A stretch of 64,000 nucleotides of DNA. Origin: Rhodothermales bacterium. Lineage in GTDB: Bacteria; Bacteroidota; Rhodothermia; Rhodothermales; Bin80. The notes beneath the pieces are model-generated. The model did no database searches. It was not told where the DNA came from and was given only the letters and a program-made list of their open reading frames with translations. The stretch's first letter is position 1; each line of letters opens with the position of its first letter. A program made the translations under genes and the position numbers. Shown in pieces: positions 9,900 through 21,073 of the stretch. The stretch spans positions 1,761,567 through 1,825,566 of the forward strand of contig OZ241385.1 of assembly GCA_965200825.1 (NCBI GenBank), given 5' to 3'.

Positions 9900-10583
9900 T
9901 CACTTCTTGCCCGGAAGTGTCTGCGATTCCAGGACGTTGTCAATCAACCCGTAGTCTTTAGCCTCCTGTGAACTGAGCCAGTAATCTCGATCCGCGTCCT
10001 TCGCAATTGTGTCTGTGCTCTGCCCAGTATGCTGTGCTAAAATCTCATATAGACGTTGTTTCAACCAGAGAATTTCCCGAGCCTGTATTTCAATATCAGA
10101 TGCCTGTCCTTGCGCCCCACCCAGAGGCTGATGCAACATGATTCGGGAATTGGGAAGAGCAGCTCGATGATCTTTTGTTCCTGCTGCCAGCAGCACGGAT
10201 CCCAAAGATGCCGCCAATCCGACGCAGATGGTGGCAACCGGACATGATACATACTGAATCGTGTCATATACTCCCAGCCCACTATATACCATCCCACCTG
10301 GCGAATTGATGTATATATTCATATCTCGCTCCGGATCCTCACTGGTCAGATACAGGATTTGAGCAATTGCCAAATTTGCAACAACGTCATTGATAGGAGT
10401 ACCAATAATGATGATTCTATCCTTGAGTAGACGACTGAATATATCATATGCCCGTTCTCCACGGGATGTCTTCTCAACCACAATAGGAACCAAGTTCCCA
10501 ATAGGCTGATCTCCCAATCCTACCTTGGAAATACTCTCAGGTAACTGGAGACTTTTGGAAAATTTCACAAAATCATTTACCAT
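9900..10583 (-). CDS. clpP: ATP-dependent Clp protease proteolytic subunit
   Basis: [39 protein letters not shown] (active Ser), and MLHQPLGG (His). Confidence 0.95.
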   Translation of the reverse strand: MVNDFVKFSKSLQLPESISKVGLGDQPIGNLVPIVVEKTSRGERAYDIFSRLLKDRIIIIGTPINDVVANLAIAQILYLTSEDPERDMNIYINSPGGMVYSGLGVYDTIQYVSCPVATICVGLAASLGSVLLAAGTKDHRAALPNSRIMLHQPLGGAQGQASDIEIQAREILWLKQRLYEILAQHTGQSTDTIAKDADRDYWLSSQEAKDYGLIDNVLESQTLPGKK

Positions 10584-10606
10584 TCTGAATCAGTATGTTA
10601 TCGTTA

Positions 10607-11896
10607 TTAAGCGGTTAGTCCAGACTCCTCTGCTACCTCATCCAGGGGGTAAGCTGCTTCTCGCACAAGGATTTCCATCGAAACCTTCTCTGAAACAGGA
10701 ATGTATCGAACCTCAAATAGCTTTAGCAACGAATCCATCATGCCCCTTTGGGCGGATTCTTCGTCCAGATTGTTCTGATCACTGGATTCGGATTCGAGAG
10801 ATTTCTGCTGTAATAAATCATCTAGCTGTCCTTGAATCGCAGACATCAGTATATTAAATTGAAGATGCTTTGCGACTATCTCTCTTTGAATTGGATCTTG
10901 CGTTAGGCCCATATTATTGCAAGTCTGATCCACAATTTCCGAGGGAATCGAAAAAGGATGCAACTCAAGCATTCGCCCCTTCAATGTGTTGATAGCGCGT
11001 GCACTACTTTCACGCTTAAACCGGAAATCCAAATAACCTTCTACCCATTGATTCAACTCCTCGCTTGAGTCACAGCATTTGTCTGTAATTTTACTTGCCC
11101 ACCCATCGTCAATTTCTGGCCAATCAAACCGATAGGCCTCTTTGATCTTAACCCGACAATTTGATCCTGGGGGCTCAACCTGGACAAGTGAATCATCTCG
11201 GGGAGGATCGATTAGCAATTCATCTCCAACTGTACTTCCGGTAAATGCATCTCCGAGTTTATCGTACTCTGGTTCCATTTCCATAGAGAATCCATAATCA
11301 AAGAACTCGCCTTCGGGGTTGATTTTTTTTCCAATCAGTAGATGGCCAGTTTCGTGATCTACTTCAACCATTTCATACTTTACACGATCTAACACTCCAA
11401 CATTCTTTTCTCCTATTCTTTCTCCTTCTTTCAGCGGTCTACGCTCCAAATGCTGTGCAAGTCGCGTCTTGATAAAGAAATTGACTGCTTGATCAGTCAC
11501 CTCGCAAGAAGGAACTTCGAGAATCTGTGTCGACAAATCCTTCAACTCTATCTCTGGAATGACATAAAATTCAATCTTAACTGACAAATCTCCATCCAGC
11601 TTATAGTCGCGAGAGATTTCGTGGCTTGGTCCCACTGTATCATACGAGTCACTTCCATCAATAAGGTCTTCGTAGACTTCTTCAACTAGGTCCTGAACGA
11701 TAATATCTTCTGTTTCTTTCCTGAATATGCGGCGAATCATCTCGATCGGAACATGCCCCGGGCGAAAGCCCCGAAGCGTAACCTTAGACCTTAGTCGTTT
11801 CAGAGCCAGCCGAACATCTGTTTCGAGATCCGAGGCATCTGCCTGAATTTCCAAGACACGAACCATATCTCCTGTCTCTCGCACAGTGGTTTCCAT
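10607..11896 (-). CDS. tig: Trigger factor
   Basis: 429 aa, immediately upstream of clpP (classic tig-clpP synteny). The N-terminal ribosome-binding region contains GFRPGHVP. Confidence 0.85.
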   Translation of the reverse strand: METTVRETGDMVRVLEIQADASDLETDVRLALKRLRSKVTLRGFRPGHVPIEMIRRIFRKETEDIIVQDLVEEVYEDLIDGSDSYDTVGPSHEISRDYKLDGDLSVKIEFYVIPEIELKDLSTQILEVPSCEVTDQAVNFFIKTRLAQHLERRPLKEGERIGEKNVGVLDRVKYEMVEVDHETGHLLIGKKINPEGEFFDYGFSMEMEPEYDKLGDAFTGSTVGDELLIDPPRDDSLVQVEPPGSNCRVKIKEAYRFDWPEIDDGWASKITDKCCDSSEELNQWVEGYLDFRFKRESSARAINTLKGRMLELHPFSIPSEIVDQTCNNMGLTQDPIQREIVAKHLQFNILMSAIQGQLDDLLQQKSLESESSDQNNLDEESAQRGMMDSLLKLFEVRYIPVSEKVSMEILVREAAYPLDEVAEESGLTA

Positions 11897-11953
11897 AATG
11901 ATATAAGTAGTAATTTAGTAATCTAACTGCTGAATCCCTGAAACGCTCTACTC

Positions 11954-12451
11954 ATGCCAATTGTCCCATTATCAACCAAATGCGGGGTGATTCCAGAAAC
12001 ACCAGTAGGTCCGCTTACACTCATATTCTCAGATGTTGGTCTTCGGGAAATTCAGTTTGGCCACACTTTGGACTATGAACCTGCAGGCTCTGCTTTTGAG
12101 CAGGTCGCAGCACAACTTGAAAAGTATTTTTCTGGTGATCTAACATCTTTTTCTGTAAATCTTGACCCGCATGGAACAGTGTTTCAAAAACGGGTTTGGG
12201 AGCTCTTGGAAACAATTCCCTACGGTGAGACACGCACATATGGCCAACTCGCCCGAATGCTGGGCGATGTGAATCTCACGCGTTCGGTCGGGCGTGCTAA
12301 TGGCGCGAACCCGATTCCAATCTTGTACCCTTGCCATCGCGTAATCGGGGCAAATGGGCATCTAACAGGGTATCGCGGGGGAATCCATCGCAAGGGTACT
12401 CTCTTACAGCTGGAAGCTCAGCAAACAAGGCCAATGCTATTCAACTATTGA
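11954..12451 (+). CDS. ogt: Methylated-DNA--protein-cysteine methyltransferase
   Basis: FQKRVWELLETIPYGETRTYGQLA...NPIPILYPCHRVIGANGHLTGY contains the PCHRV active site. Confidence 0.9.
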   Translation: MPIVPLSTKCGVIPETPVGPLTLIFSDVGLREIQFGHTLDYEPAGSAFEQVAAQLEKYFSGDLTSFSVNLDPHGTVFQKRVWELLETIPYGETRTYGQLARMLGDVNLTRSVGRANGANPIPILYPCHRVIGANGHLTGYRGGIHRKGTLLQLEAQQTRPMLFNY

Positions 12452-13766
12452 TAAAATACCCGAAAATTTTCTTGAGTGATGCTTTCTTGCCGTACGTCAA
12501 TATATTTGCACGATAAATTCTGGCGCTAATCCAGATAGATCCCAAAAAAGAAAAGACAAGTAGTCCATATGATAACAGTAATTGCCAAATGGGGACATCT
12601 CCAACCGCTAAACGTAATGTCATGGGAACCGGAGATGTCATAGGAAAGAGTGAGAGTCCCAAAGCAATACCACTGTCTGGATTCAGTATGATTGGAGACA
12701 AGAATATGACTTGAATGATCAGTGGCGTAATCAGTGGTAATAACAGAGTCTGCGCTTCTTCTGGAGAATCAACCAAAGCCCCTACTGTCGCAAATAATCC
12801 TCCATAAAATAGATAGCCCGCAATAAAGTACAGAATATACCAGATCACCAACGCCCCCGAAATATGAGGTAACGAAATATTTGCGACCGATAGAATGTCC
12901 TGATTGTTCACAGTTGTTGATAAATCATACATTCCAGGATCCATCAACATACCGATGATGGGACCGGCCAGTATCAGTCCACCGAACATCATCATTATCC
13001 AGATCGTCATTTGTACTAACCCAACCAAGCCAACCCCCAATACCTTTCCCATGAGTAAATCAAAGGGGCTGACAGAAGAAATGATTACTTCAACAACCCT
13101 CGTAGTTCGCTCCTCAATTGTTCCATACATAATCAACGACCCATAGATTATTAGTGCCATATACATGATCATGCCTAGTACGCCTCCAAGGACGGCATAG
13201 CTATAAGAGGATCTATCTTCTTCTTCCGGGTTGCTTAATCTGACCGTATCTAGCCAAACTGAACGATCCAAGATCGCTCGAACCTCTGCGGAAATCGTCA
13301 TATTGTGCTGAGATAGCAAATGATCTTGCAAAGATTTCTCAATGATTCCTGCAAGTTCCTCCTGATCCACCAATCTTCCCCCACGCCGAACATAGAGAAC
13401 CGGCTGAGAAACTCCGGAAATCGACTCATCAGAAATATGAACGTATGCATCAAGTGCCCCACTTAGAACATCATCATGTGCGGAGTTATCCTCTGACTTC
13501 ACGAATACATACCTCCCGACATCCTGATTCATGATCCGATCTCCCAGTACGTCTGTTTCATCTACGATGGCAACACGCCGGGGTACATCGTCCAACTCGG
13601 CCCGTTCACCGGGAATATCCTCAATCATATACGTTGCCGCGAAGCCGATAATGGCAAAAAAACCTATAAGCAGTACAGGAGCCAGTAGCGTCGTCAGAAT
13701 AAATGTCTTTGAGGTGGCCCTGCGCATAAACTCGCCCCGCATGATCACCAAGCTCTTCCGAGTCAT
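12441..13766 (-). CDS. ABC-2 type transporter permease (NatB-like)
   Basis: 441 aa with one N-terminal TM helix, a large extracytoplasmic loop and a C-terminal multi-TM block. It is coupled (4-nt overlap) to the upstream ABC ATPase. Confidence 0.75.
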   Translation of the reverse strand: MTRKSLVIMRGEFMRRATSKTFILTTLLAPVLLIGFFAIIGFAATYMIEDIPGERAELDDVPRRVAIVDETDVLGDRIMNQDVGRYVFVKSEDNSAHDDVLSGALDAYVHISDESISGVSQPVLYVRRGGRLVDQEELAGIIEKSLQDHLLSQHNMTISAEVRAILDRSVWLDTVRLSNPEEEDRSSYSYAVLGGVLGMIMYMALIIYGSLIMYGTIEERTTRVVEVIISSVSPFDLLMGKVLGVGLVGLVQMTIWIMMMFGGLILAGPIIGMLMDPGMYDLSTTVNNQDILSVANISLPHISGALVIWYILYFIAGYLFYGGLFATVGALVDSPEEAQTLLLPLITPLIIQVIFLSPIILNPDSGIALGLSLFPMTSPVPMTLRLAVGDVPIWQLLLSYGLLVFSFLGSIWISARIYRANILTYGKKASLKKIFGYFINS

Positions 13767-14677
13767 ACTTCACCTCCAACTGTCTTGATAAAAATCTCAT
13801 TTAGAGATGGCTGGAGGAGTTCAAAGCGATATAGCTCTAGATCTGGAACCGAGAGTAATTGATCAAGCAATGCCCTCGGATTACAGTTATCGGAGATTCG
13901 CAGGGTGCACCCACCCTCATAACGTTCCAGAAATTGTATTTCGCCCATTTTTTCCATGGTGTCCAGAAACGGAGCCATTCCTTTGTAGTCCAAGGCCAGT
14001 TTATCCCGCTTAAATCTTTGCTTAACCTCCTTTAAATCTCCGCTCAAAACGAGTCGACCCTCTGCAATCAGACAGATATCATCACAGAGCCTCTCCACCT
14101 GTTCCATGCGATGGCTGGCAAACAGAATGATTCGTCCTGCCTGCTTCATTTCGGCTATAATCTCAAGCAATACTTCACTGTTGACCGGATCTAATCCACT
14201 GAATGGCTCATCCAGAATAATCAATTGAGGCTCTGCAAGTACTGTAGCGATGAATTGAACCTTCTGCTGCATCCCTTTTGAAAGATCTTGCGCTTTTCGC
14301 ATCCCCCACTCTTTCAATCCCAAACGGCTCATCCAATACTGTATTCTATCAGTCGAATCCTCTGGGTGAACACCCTTTAGTGCCGCCAGATAACGAAGTT
14401 GTCGGTTAACTTCAATCTTCTTGTAGAGTCCTCGTTCTTCTGGAAGGTATCCCATTCGCTCCTGACTCCACGCCCCAACTGTTCGCCCATCAAGTGTGAT
14501 TGCACCCTCATCCGGAGTAAGAATGTTGGCAATCATGCGAATCGTTGTGGTTTTTCCAGCACCATTCGGTCCTAGAAGCCCAAGAATCCGCCCTGGCGTA
14601 GCTCTGAATGAAATTTCCGAAGCGGCAGTAATTCTGCCGAACCTCTTGGTCACATCATGCAGGATCAAAGAACCCAT
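13763..14677 (-). CDS. ABC transporter ATP-binding protein (NatA-like)
   Basis: Walker A GPNGAGKTT, signature LSKGMQQK, Walker B LIILDEPFSGLD, and an H-loop. Confidence 0.9.
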   Translation of the reverse strand: MGSLILHDVTKRFGRITAASEISFRATPGRILGLLGPNGAGKTTTIRMIANILTPDEGAITLDGRTVGAWSQERMGYLPEERGLYKKIEVNRQLRYLAALKGVHPEDSTDRIQYWMSRLGLKEWGMRKAQDLSKGMQQKVQFIATVLAEPQLIILDEPFSGLDPVNSEVLLEIIAEMKQAGRIILFASHRMEQVERLCDDICLIAEGRLVLSGDLKEVKQRFKRDKLALDYKGMAPFLDTMEKMGEIQFLERYEGGCTLRISDNCNPRALLDQLLSVPDLELYRFELLQPSLNEIFIKTVGGEV

Positions 14678-14732
14678 CCGAGCAAGGTCGTGGGAGGCAT
14701 ATTCCTACTAAGAAATTAGAGTATTAAGATGA

Positions 14733-14749
14733 TCCTCCTGAGTGGAGGA
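14733..14749 (-). terminator. Weak hairpin downstream of the 90-aa ORF
   Basis: tcctcc-tgagt-ggagga forms a 6-bp stem. On the minus strand a T-containing stretch follows. Tentative. Confidence 0.2.
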
Positions 14750-14752
14750 CTT

Positions 14753-15025
14753 CTATAGGGCAGCTTCCTTCAGCGGAACAAGGTAACGTTCATGGATGAC
14801 GTCCTCATGTACGCGAGCACTTCCAGTACCGCGAAAATCAACTGCCACTAAACCTTTAGCCACATGCTGAACCTCACCAATCCCGTAGGATGTAGGATAG
14901 GGGCCATAATAGACAAGCTGCCCTTTTTTTAGCTTGGGTTTGGATCTGCTTTTCCAGTGAAAAACCTGGACGACAGGGAGTCGCTCCAGTTGATACTTAC
15001 TTCCTCGTTTAGTTTCTTTTGGCAC
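14753..15025 (-). CDS. Hypothetical small protein
   Basis: 90-aa ORF with a basic N-terminus. KGQLVYYGPYPTSYGIGEVQHVAKGLVAVDFRGTG suggests an SH3/Tudor-like beta fold. No family recognised. Confidence 0.45.
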   Translation of the reverse strand: MPKETKRGSKYQLERLPVVQVFHWKSRSKPKLKKGQLVYYGPYPTSYGIGEVQHVAKGLVAVDFRGTGSARVHEDVIHERYLVPLKEAAL

Positions 15026-15527
15026 GATTTAAAAGAATTTGGTGTAGATCATGTTAACGCAGATCAATCAATCATGTTCAAATTTGACTGATTATTTACC
15101 CTTTTTCCTTGTTGTATGGATTTTCCGAAAAACAAAGATTATTTCAGATGTTCTTCGAATGACACAAATAAAATGCGTAAAAATCAGATTTTGCTGGAAA
15201 TATGCAGGCCTACGAGCATCTTGCAAAACCCTCCTGTTCCAGTTACAAACATATCACTGGGAGTATTCAGAGGCGTGATTTATAGGCTCCACATGGGGTT
15301 TTGTAAGAACTTCCTACATCTATGAAAAGATACATGATACATCACAGATGCTGCTGGAAGGATCAAGGCTTTTCGTAGCTGGCGAAGCGAAGAGCAAACA
15401 CGAGAGGATGGGCCAGGAATTTGACGAGAAACGGCAAATCATCGATCAGCAGATCTAGAACTCAAGCCAAAAGCCGAGAACGAGATCACTCAAATTTCAA
15501 AATGCTGACGTGAGGCGTATACAACTA

Positions 15528-16070
15528 CTATCCGATCACTCGATCCGGATTTTCCTTGACAAAAGCCGCCCACCCACTGTATTGAGGCTCGCTTGATTTC
15601 TTTCCGGTCAATTCCCGTTCCTTATGACAGAATGCAACGGCTAGAGCATCTGTGGCATCTTCGGATATTTCCTGATCCGATTTCTTGAATTTCATCAGGC
15701 TGGTAACCATATAAGCAACCTGCTCCTTGCTCGCATTTCCATTCCCCGTCATTGCTCGCTTGACCATTTTTGGAGTGTATTGAGCCACGGATATGCCCTG
15801 ATTCAAAATTGCCAGTATTGCGGCCGCTTGGGCACGCCCCAGCTTAAGCATCGACTGGGGATTGTTGCCATAGATCGGCATCTCGATTGCACAGGTGCTG
15901 GGATGGTATTGTGTGACAAGTTTGGTCACCTCGTGATAGATCGTCTGGATACGAAGCATATGGTCACCCATGAGCGCAACAACCCCATATCCATGGACTT
16001 GATTGGATTCATCAATGATCCCGTAACCGGTTTGAGATGAACCAGGGTCAATACCCAATACCTTCATCAT
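15528..16070 (-). CDS. ruvC: Crossover junction endodeoxyribonuclease RuvC
   Basis: MKVLGIDPGSSQTGYGII, IEMPIYGNNPQSMLKLGRAQ, and ATDALAVAFCH. Confidence 0.9.
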   Translation of the reverse strand: MMKVLGIDPGSSQTGYGIIDESNQVHGYGVVALMGDHMLRIQTIYHEVTKLVTQYHPSTCAIEMPIYGNNPQSMLKLGRAQAAAILAILNQGISVAQYTPKMVKRAMTGNGNASKEQVAYMVTSLMKFKKSDQEISEDATDALAVAFCHKERELTGKKSSEPQYSGWAAFVKENPDRVIG

Positions 16071-16786
16071 TGCTCAAGATTGGTAAAGACCTCCTGCACA
16101 TCTTGCAGGTCATCTAGTTTCGCGACCAATGCTTCCGTCTGGCGTACCTGATCAGGGGTTTTTTGAACAGTTGTAGTTGGGATACGAATCAGGCGAGATT
16201 CTTCAATCGGAATTTCCGAACTAGAAATGGCCGTCTGAACTGCTTCAAAGGTTTCAATCGACGTGATTACTATATGCATTCCATCTTCCTCCTCCACATC
16301 CTCCGCACCGACATCTGCAACGAGTTCCAGGAGTTCCAGTTCATCAATAGCATTTGAGCGAATCTGAATAAATCCCTTTCGTTCAAACAAATATGCAACA
16401 CTCCCCGATTTCGACAAATTTCCTCCATTTTTGGAAAACACGCTGCGAACATCTGCAACTGTTCGATTCGTATTGTCGGTCAGTGCATCTACTATCATGG
16501 CAACACCATGTGCACTATACCCTTCATAAGTACATTCCTTGTAATCCTGGCCTTCAATTTCACCAGCTCCACGCTTGATTGCCCGTTCAATGTTCTCTTT
16601 AGGCATATTCTTGGCCTTGGCCTTTTGAATTGCAAGAGAAAGCCTAGCATTCATAAGAGGATCTTTGCCTCCTTCTCGAGCTGCGACCATAATATCACGG
16701 GTAATCACCGCCCATACCTTGGAGCGACGACTGTCTGTAACCGCCTTTTGCCTCTTTACTTTTGACCACTTATTATGCCCGGCCAT
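16067..16786 (-). CDS. YebC/PmpR family DNA-binding transcriptional regulator
   Basis: MAGHNKWSKVKRQKAVTDSRRSKVWAVITRDI...YEGYSAHGVAMIVDALTDNTNRT. Confidence 0.95.
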   Translation of the reverse strand: MAGHNKWSKVKRQKAVTDSRRSKVWAVITRDIMVAAREGGKDPLMNARLSLAIQKAKAKNMPKENIERAIKRGAGEIEGQDYKECTYEGYSAHGVAMIVDALTDNTNRTVADVRSVFSKNGGNLSKSGSVAYLFERKGFIQIRSNAIDELELLELVADVGAEDVEEEDGMHIVITSIETFEAVQTAISSSEIPIEESRLIRIPTTTVQKTPDQVRQTEALVAKLDDLQDVQEVFTNLEQ

Positions 16787-16789
16787 CCA

Positions 16790-19621
16790 CTAACGTGAGA
16801 GATAGAGGTTTCGCATTTCGTACGGACGTTTATAGTGCTTATCCGTAAGAGCATCTACAAACGCTATTGTTTCTCCTGTGGATTTCATTTCCGGACCCAG
16901 TTCTTTTCGAACCTCTGGAAACTTGGACCATGAAAACACGGGTTCTTTGATTGCGTATCCTTCCAGTTTGGAATCCAACAACCCTTGACTTCGAAAATCT
17001 TTGAGTTTCGCTCCCAGAATCACTTTACTGGCAATTCGTGCAACGGGGATACCGGTTGCCTTTGCAACAAATGGGACCGTACGTGATGCACGCGGATTCG
17101 CTTCAATTACATAAACCGAGTCATTTTGTACGACCATTTGCACATTCATCAACCCAAGTACATCCAGGCGATTGGCAATCGCAATGGCATGCTTTCTGAT
17201 TAACTCAAGAGCAGATTCACTTAGGGAGTGGGGAGGCAGAACTGCCGTGGAATCCCCTGAATGTACTCCTGCAGGCTCAATGTGCTGCATGATTCCGGTG
17301 ATCCATACCTCTCCGTCTGAATCACGTACTATATCCACATCAATTTCGATTCCATTATTTAAGAACAGGTCAAGTAAAATTTCATTATCGGGCAACAATT
17401 TATAAATATCTGTCACGTAATGCTCCACCTCTTCCTTGTTAATCGCAATTCTCATGCCTTGACCTCCCAAAACATAACTGGGACGAACTAAAATAGGATA
17501 TCCGATGGATTCTGCTACGCGGACGGCATCGTACACCGTACGAGCCATACCATATGGCGGGAAAGGTATGTCCAGCTCCTTAAGAATCTCAGAAAATTTG
17601 CCACGATTTTCTGCCAAATCCATCCGATCATAGGGAGTACCAAAGATTTGAATTCCTCTCTCCGACAGCTTACCTGCCAATTTTAATGCAGTCTGCCCCC
17701 CAAGTTGAACAATGATACCCTCTGGATTTTCATGTTCAATAATGTCTAAAACCCGTTCCCAGAATACCGGCTCGAAATAAAGTTTATCTGCAATATCAAA
17801 ATCTGTAGAAACAGTTTCTGGATTGCAGTTGACCATAATGGCCTCATACCCCATTTCCTGAACTGCCTGTACTCCATGAACACACGAGTAATCAAACTCA
17901 ATTCCTTGCCCAATCCGATTGGGTCCGCTGCCAAGAATAATGATTTTATCCTTATCCGAGACCGGGCTCTCCGTCGCACTTTCATATGAGGAGTAGAAAT
18001 AGGGGGTAATTGCCGGAAATTCACCAGCACACGTATCAACCAGTAAAAACTTGGACCGAATATTTTGTGATAACCGATACTCCCGCACTTCTTCTTCGGT
18101 GACTTCATCCGCGACGAGCCAAGCAATCTGTACATCTGAATAACCGTGTCGCTTTAGTTGCAAAAGCTTTTCCGGTGTGAGATCCTGTAGACGTAGCTTA
18201 CAGATTTCATGCTCTATATCAACGAGCATCTTGATCTGCTGCAGGAACCAGTAATCCACTCGGGTAATATCATACACTTCATCCATGGATGCCCCGTGAA
18301 TAAAGGCATGTTTGATCTGCAGCGTTCGATCCCAATAGGATTTTCGCAGACGCTCTCGAACATGCGGTCTTTTGGGATTATCCCGATCTCCACCCAAACC
18401 AGCATAGCCGATCTCCAAGCTCTGCCATGCTTTCTGTATGCTTTCTGTGAAAGTTCTTCCGATAGACATGACTTCCCCAACTGCCTTCATCTGGGTGGTC
18501 AGCTCTTCATCTACACCTTCAAATTTCTCGAAATTCCAGCGAGGAATTTTAGTCACTACATAGTCAATAGCTGGTTCAAAACAAGCGCTCGTGGTTGCTG
18601 TAACATCATTTTTAAGTTCATCCAGGGTATATCCGACAGCGAGTCGAGCCGCAACTTTTGCAATCGGATATCCAGTAGCCTTTGAGGCCAGGGCTGAAGA
18701 GCGAGAAACTCTCGGATTAATTTCAATTGCGATCATGCGTCCATCTTCCGGATTAATTCCGAACTGCACATTACAACCACCCGCAAAAGTCCCAATAGAG
18801 CGCATCATCCGAATTGCTGTATCCCGCATGTGCTGGAACTGCTTATCTGTAAGCGTCTGAGAGGGGGCAACTGTGACCGAGTCTCCTGTGTGCACTCCCA
18901 TAGGATCTACATTTTCAATTGTACAGATAATGATCACATTATCATTGGAATCCCGGAGTAATTCAAGCTCAAATTCCTTCCATCCATACACCGATTCTTC
19001 CACCAGAACTTCATGAACTGGTGAGAGCTCCAGCCCACGCATAATTTTCCGTTCAAGTTCTTTTGAACTCCATATGATTCCGCCTCCTGCACCACCTAGT
19101 GTAAAAGAAGGGCGAATTACTACAGGTAATCCGCCCAAAGACTGAATTACTTCTTTAGCCTCCAGCAAGCTCTTGGCAACCCGACTTCTCGCCTGGTCTA
19201 CCCCAATCTTTTCCATCAAATCACGGAATTGTTGCCGATCTTCCGTGATATGAATCGCATCAATGTCTACACCAATAACTTTTACATTCTGTTCTTCCCA
19301 GTATCCCTGCCGTTGCAACTCATCGGCCAAGTTCAATCCAGTTTGCCCTCCCATAGTCGGTAAAACTGCATCCGGGCGCTCTTTTTCAACGATATTTCGG
19401 ATTGAATCTGCGGTCAATTCGTCCAAATAAATTCGATCCGCAGTAATCGGATCGGTCATAATCGTAGCAGGGTTGGAATTGACCAAAATAACCTCATACC
19501 CCTCCTTTCGAAGGGCTCTGCATGCCTGGGTCCCGGAATAGTCAAATTCACAGGCCTGACCAATTACAATTGGGCCTGATCCAATCAATAATATTTTTTG
19601 AATATCTGTACGCCGTGGCAT
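16790..19621 (-). CDS. carB: Carbamoyl-phosphate synthase large subunit (short ~940-aa form without the full MGS-like tail)
   Basis: [25 protein letters not shown], with duplicated ATP-grasp halves (the second starts [24 protein letters not shown]). Confidence 0.95.
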   Translation of the reverse strand: MPRRTDIQKILLIGSGPIVIGQACEFDYSGTQACRALRKEGYEVILVNSNPATIMTDPITADRIYLDELTADSIRNIVEKERPDAVLPTMGGQTGLNLADELQRQGYWEEQNVKVIGVDIDAIHITEDRQQFRDLMEKIGVDQARSRVAKSLLEAKEVIQSLGGLPVVIRPSFTLGGAGGGIIWSSKELERKIMRGLELSPVHEVLVEESVYGWKEFELELLRDSNDNVIIICTIENVDPMGVHTGDSVTVAPSQTLTDKQFQHMRDTAIRMMRSIGTFAGGCNVQFGINPEDGRMIAIEINPRVSRSSALASKATGYPIAKVAARLAVGYTLDELKNDVTATTSACFEPAIDYVVTKIPRWNFEKFEGVDEELTTQMKAVGEVMSIGRTFTESIQKAWQSLEIGYAGLGGDRDNPKRPHVRERLRKSYWDRTLQIKHAFIHGASMDEVYDITRVDYWFLQQIKMLVDIEHEICKLRLQDLTPEKLLQLKRHGYSDVQIAWLVADEVTEEEVREYRLSQNIRSKFLLVDTCAGEFPAITPYFYSSYESATESPVSDKDKIIILGSGPNRIGQGIEFDYSCVHGVQAVQEMGYEAIMVNCNPETVSTDFDIADKLYFEPVFWERVLDIIEHENPEGIIVQLGGQTALKLAGKLSERGIQIFGTPYDRMDLAENRGKFSEILKELDIPFPPYGMARTVYDAVRVAESIGYPILVRPSYVLGGQGMRIAINKEEVEHYVTDIYKLLPDNEILLDLFLNNGIEIDVDIVRDSDGEVWITGIMQHIEPAGVHSGDSTAVLPPHSLSESALELIRKHAIAIANRLDVLGLMNVQMVVQNDSVYVIEANPRASRTVPFVAKATGIPVARIASKVILGAKLKDFRSQGLLDSKLEGYAIKEPVFSWSKFPEVRKELGPEMKSTGETIAFVDALTDKHYKRPYEMRNLYLSR

Positions 19622-19624
19622 TAA

Positions 19625-20722
19625 TCAGGAATTAGAGGACATTAAGCGAATATATTCTTCAAACAGATAGCGACTGTCGTGTGGGCCTGGCGACGCTTCT
19701 GGATGGTACTGGACACTGAATCCCCGAAACTTCTTGAATCGCAAGCCTTCAACAGTCTGATCATTGAGATTCACATGAGACACATCGGCCATCTCATGAG
19801 AAATGGATTTCGGATCAACTGTGAAACCGTGGTTCTGGGTTGTCACTTCAACTTTTCCGGTTTCGAGGTTTTTAACGGGCTGATTTGCTCCTCGATGTCC
19901 CACATACATCTTGAATACATCAATCCCTTGTGCAAGGGCCATCAACTGATGACCGAGGCAAATACCAAAGATCGGTAACCCCATATTCATTGCCTCCCGC
20001 GCACAATTTACCGCTTCCGGCATAGCGCGAGGATCTCCGGGGCCATTAGAGAAGAACAAACCATTAGGAGACCAGGAGAGTGCCTCTTTTAGGGGAGTTC
20101 CACCAGGATACACCCTCACATGACAGTTTAATGCCGCAAACGTACGAAGAATATTCTGCTTCACGCCGAAGTCATACACGGCAATGCGGTGGCTACCTGT
20201 ATCCGTATAAGCATATGGTTCACTGCATGTCACCTTCGAGGCCAGCTCCAATCCTTCCATACTGGGCCATGCCTGTGCCTTTCCTACTAAAGAGGCGTCG
20301 TCCAAGTCCGTAGAAGAGATCACCGCGTTCATGACTCCGCGCTCGCGAATATGTAAGACGAGTTTGCGGGTATCGATACCAGTGATTCCAACTAATCCAT
20401 GTCGCTCCATATAATTGTGGAGCGATTCTTGAGCAAGCAGGTTTGAGTACTCTCGCGAAAACGCTCGAACAACCAATCCAGAGACCATGGGGCATGCCGC
20501 TTCTGTGTCTTCATCATGCGCTCCATAGTTGCCTATGTGGGGGTAGGTCATCATCATGATCTGCCCATGATATGAGGGATCTGTAAGAATTTCTTGATAC
20601 CCCGTCATACTTGTATTAAAACAGAGTTCCCCCCCACTTTCACCATTTGCACCAATGGGTGTACCCGATACTACGGTACCATCAGCGAGTGCGAGTTTTG
20701 CTGGTGATGACGAAAAACTCAT
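19625..20722 (-). CDS. carA: Carbamoyl-phosphate synthase small (glutaminase) subunit
   Basis: CFNTSMTGYQEILTDPSYHGQI, GICLGHQL (active Cys), and QYHPEASPGPHD. The start was moved to the internal Met (MSFSSSPAKLALADGTV), because the 37-aa upstream extension looks non-native. Confidence 0.9.
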   Translation of the reverse strand: MSFSSSPAKLALADGTVVSGTPIGANGESGGELCFNTSMTGYQEILTDPSYHGQIMMMTYPHIGNYGAHDEDTEAACPMVSGLVVRAFSREYSNLLAQESLHNYMERHGLVGITGIDTRKLVLHIRERGVMNAVISSTDLDDASLVGKAQAWPSMEGLELASKVTCSEPYAYTDTGSHRIAVYDFGVKQNILRTFAALNCHVRVYPGGTPLKEALSWSPNGLFFSNGPGDPRAMPEAVNCAREAMNMGLPIFGICLGHQLMALAQGIDVFKMYVGHRGANQPVKNLETGKVEVTTQNHGFTVDPKSISHEMADVSHVNLNDQTVEGLRFKKFRGFSVQYHPEASPGPHDSRYLFEEYIRLMSSNS

Positions 20723-21073
20723 TGGATTCCAGTTTTCGAGGGCATAAAAAAACCCTCTCAGATGAGAAGGCACGATAGCACTAAATGTGACACAAAGATA
20801 AGAGTCCTGAGCGGACATTCCAAACTCAACCATACTTTCAAGATCGAATCATAGCAATCGTTCGTCAGAAACGAATAGAAACAGATTAACCTTGGACCTT
20901 TTGCACACTGGTTGGTATACTGCGTATCAGCTTATGTGTACAATTAATTCACGTGATCTGCGATAGAGACAGATGGATCGATCAGAAGTTCAGGCTTCCG
21001 GTACGGTGGGAAATCTTCGCTGTCACCATAAATGAGGCTAAGCTGGACCTGCTGAATTTATACATATTGGCGA

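Noticed and set aside
16163-20495. Numerous 60-158-aa ORFs on both strands inside yebC, carB and carA. Similar ORFs lie inside the TBDR, feoB, proS, cas3 and nuo genes.
   Set aside because: All lie within strongly supported long genes and show no motifs. They are shadow ORFs.
19625-20833. 5'-extended ORF calls. The carA extension is 37 aa. Similar extensions occur at rsfS to 4704, nuoG to 26553, DUF4920 to 27019, nuoD to 30401, nuoC to 31011 and feoA2 to 49572.
   Set aside because: The extensions overlap the preceding gene or add non-conserved sequence before the recognisable N-terminus. Internal Met starts give tight operon junctions.
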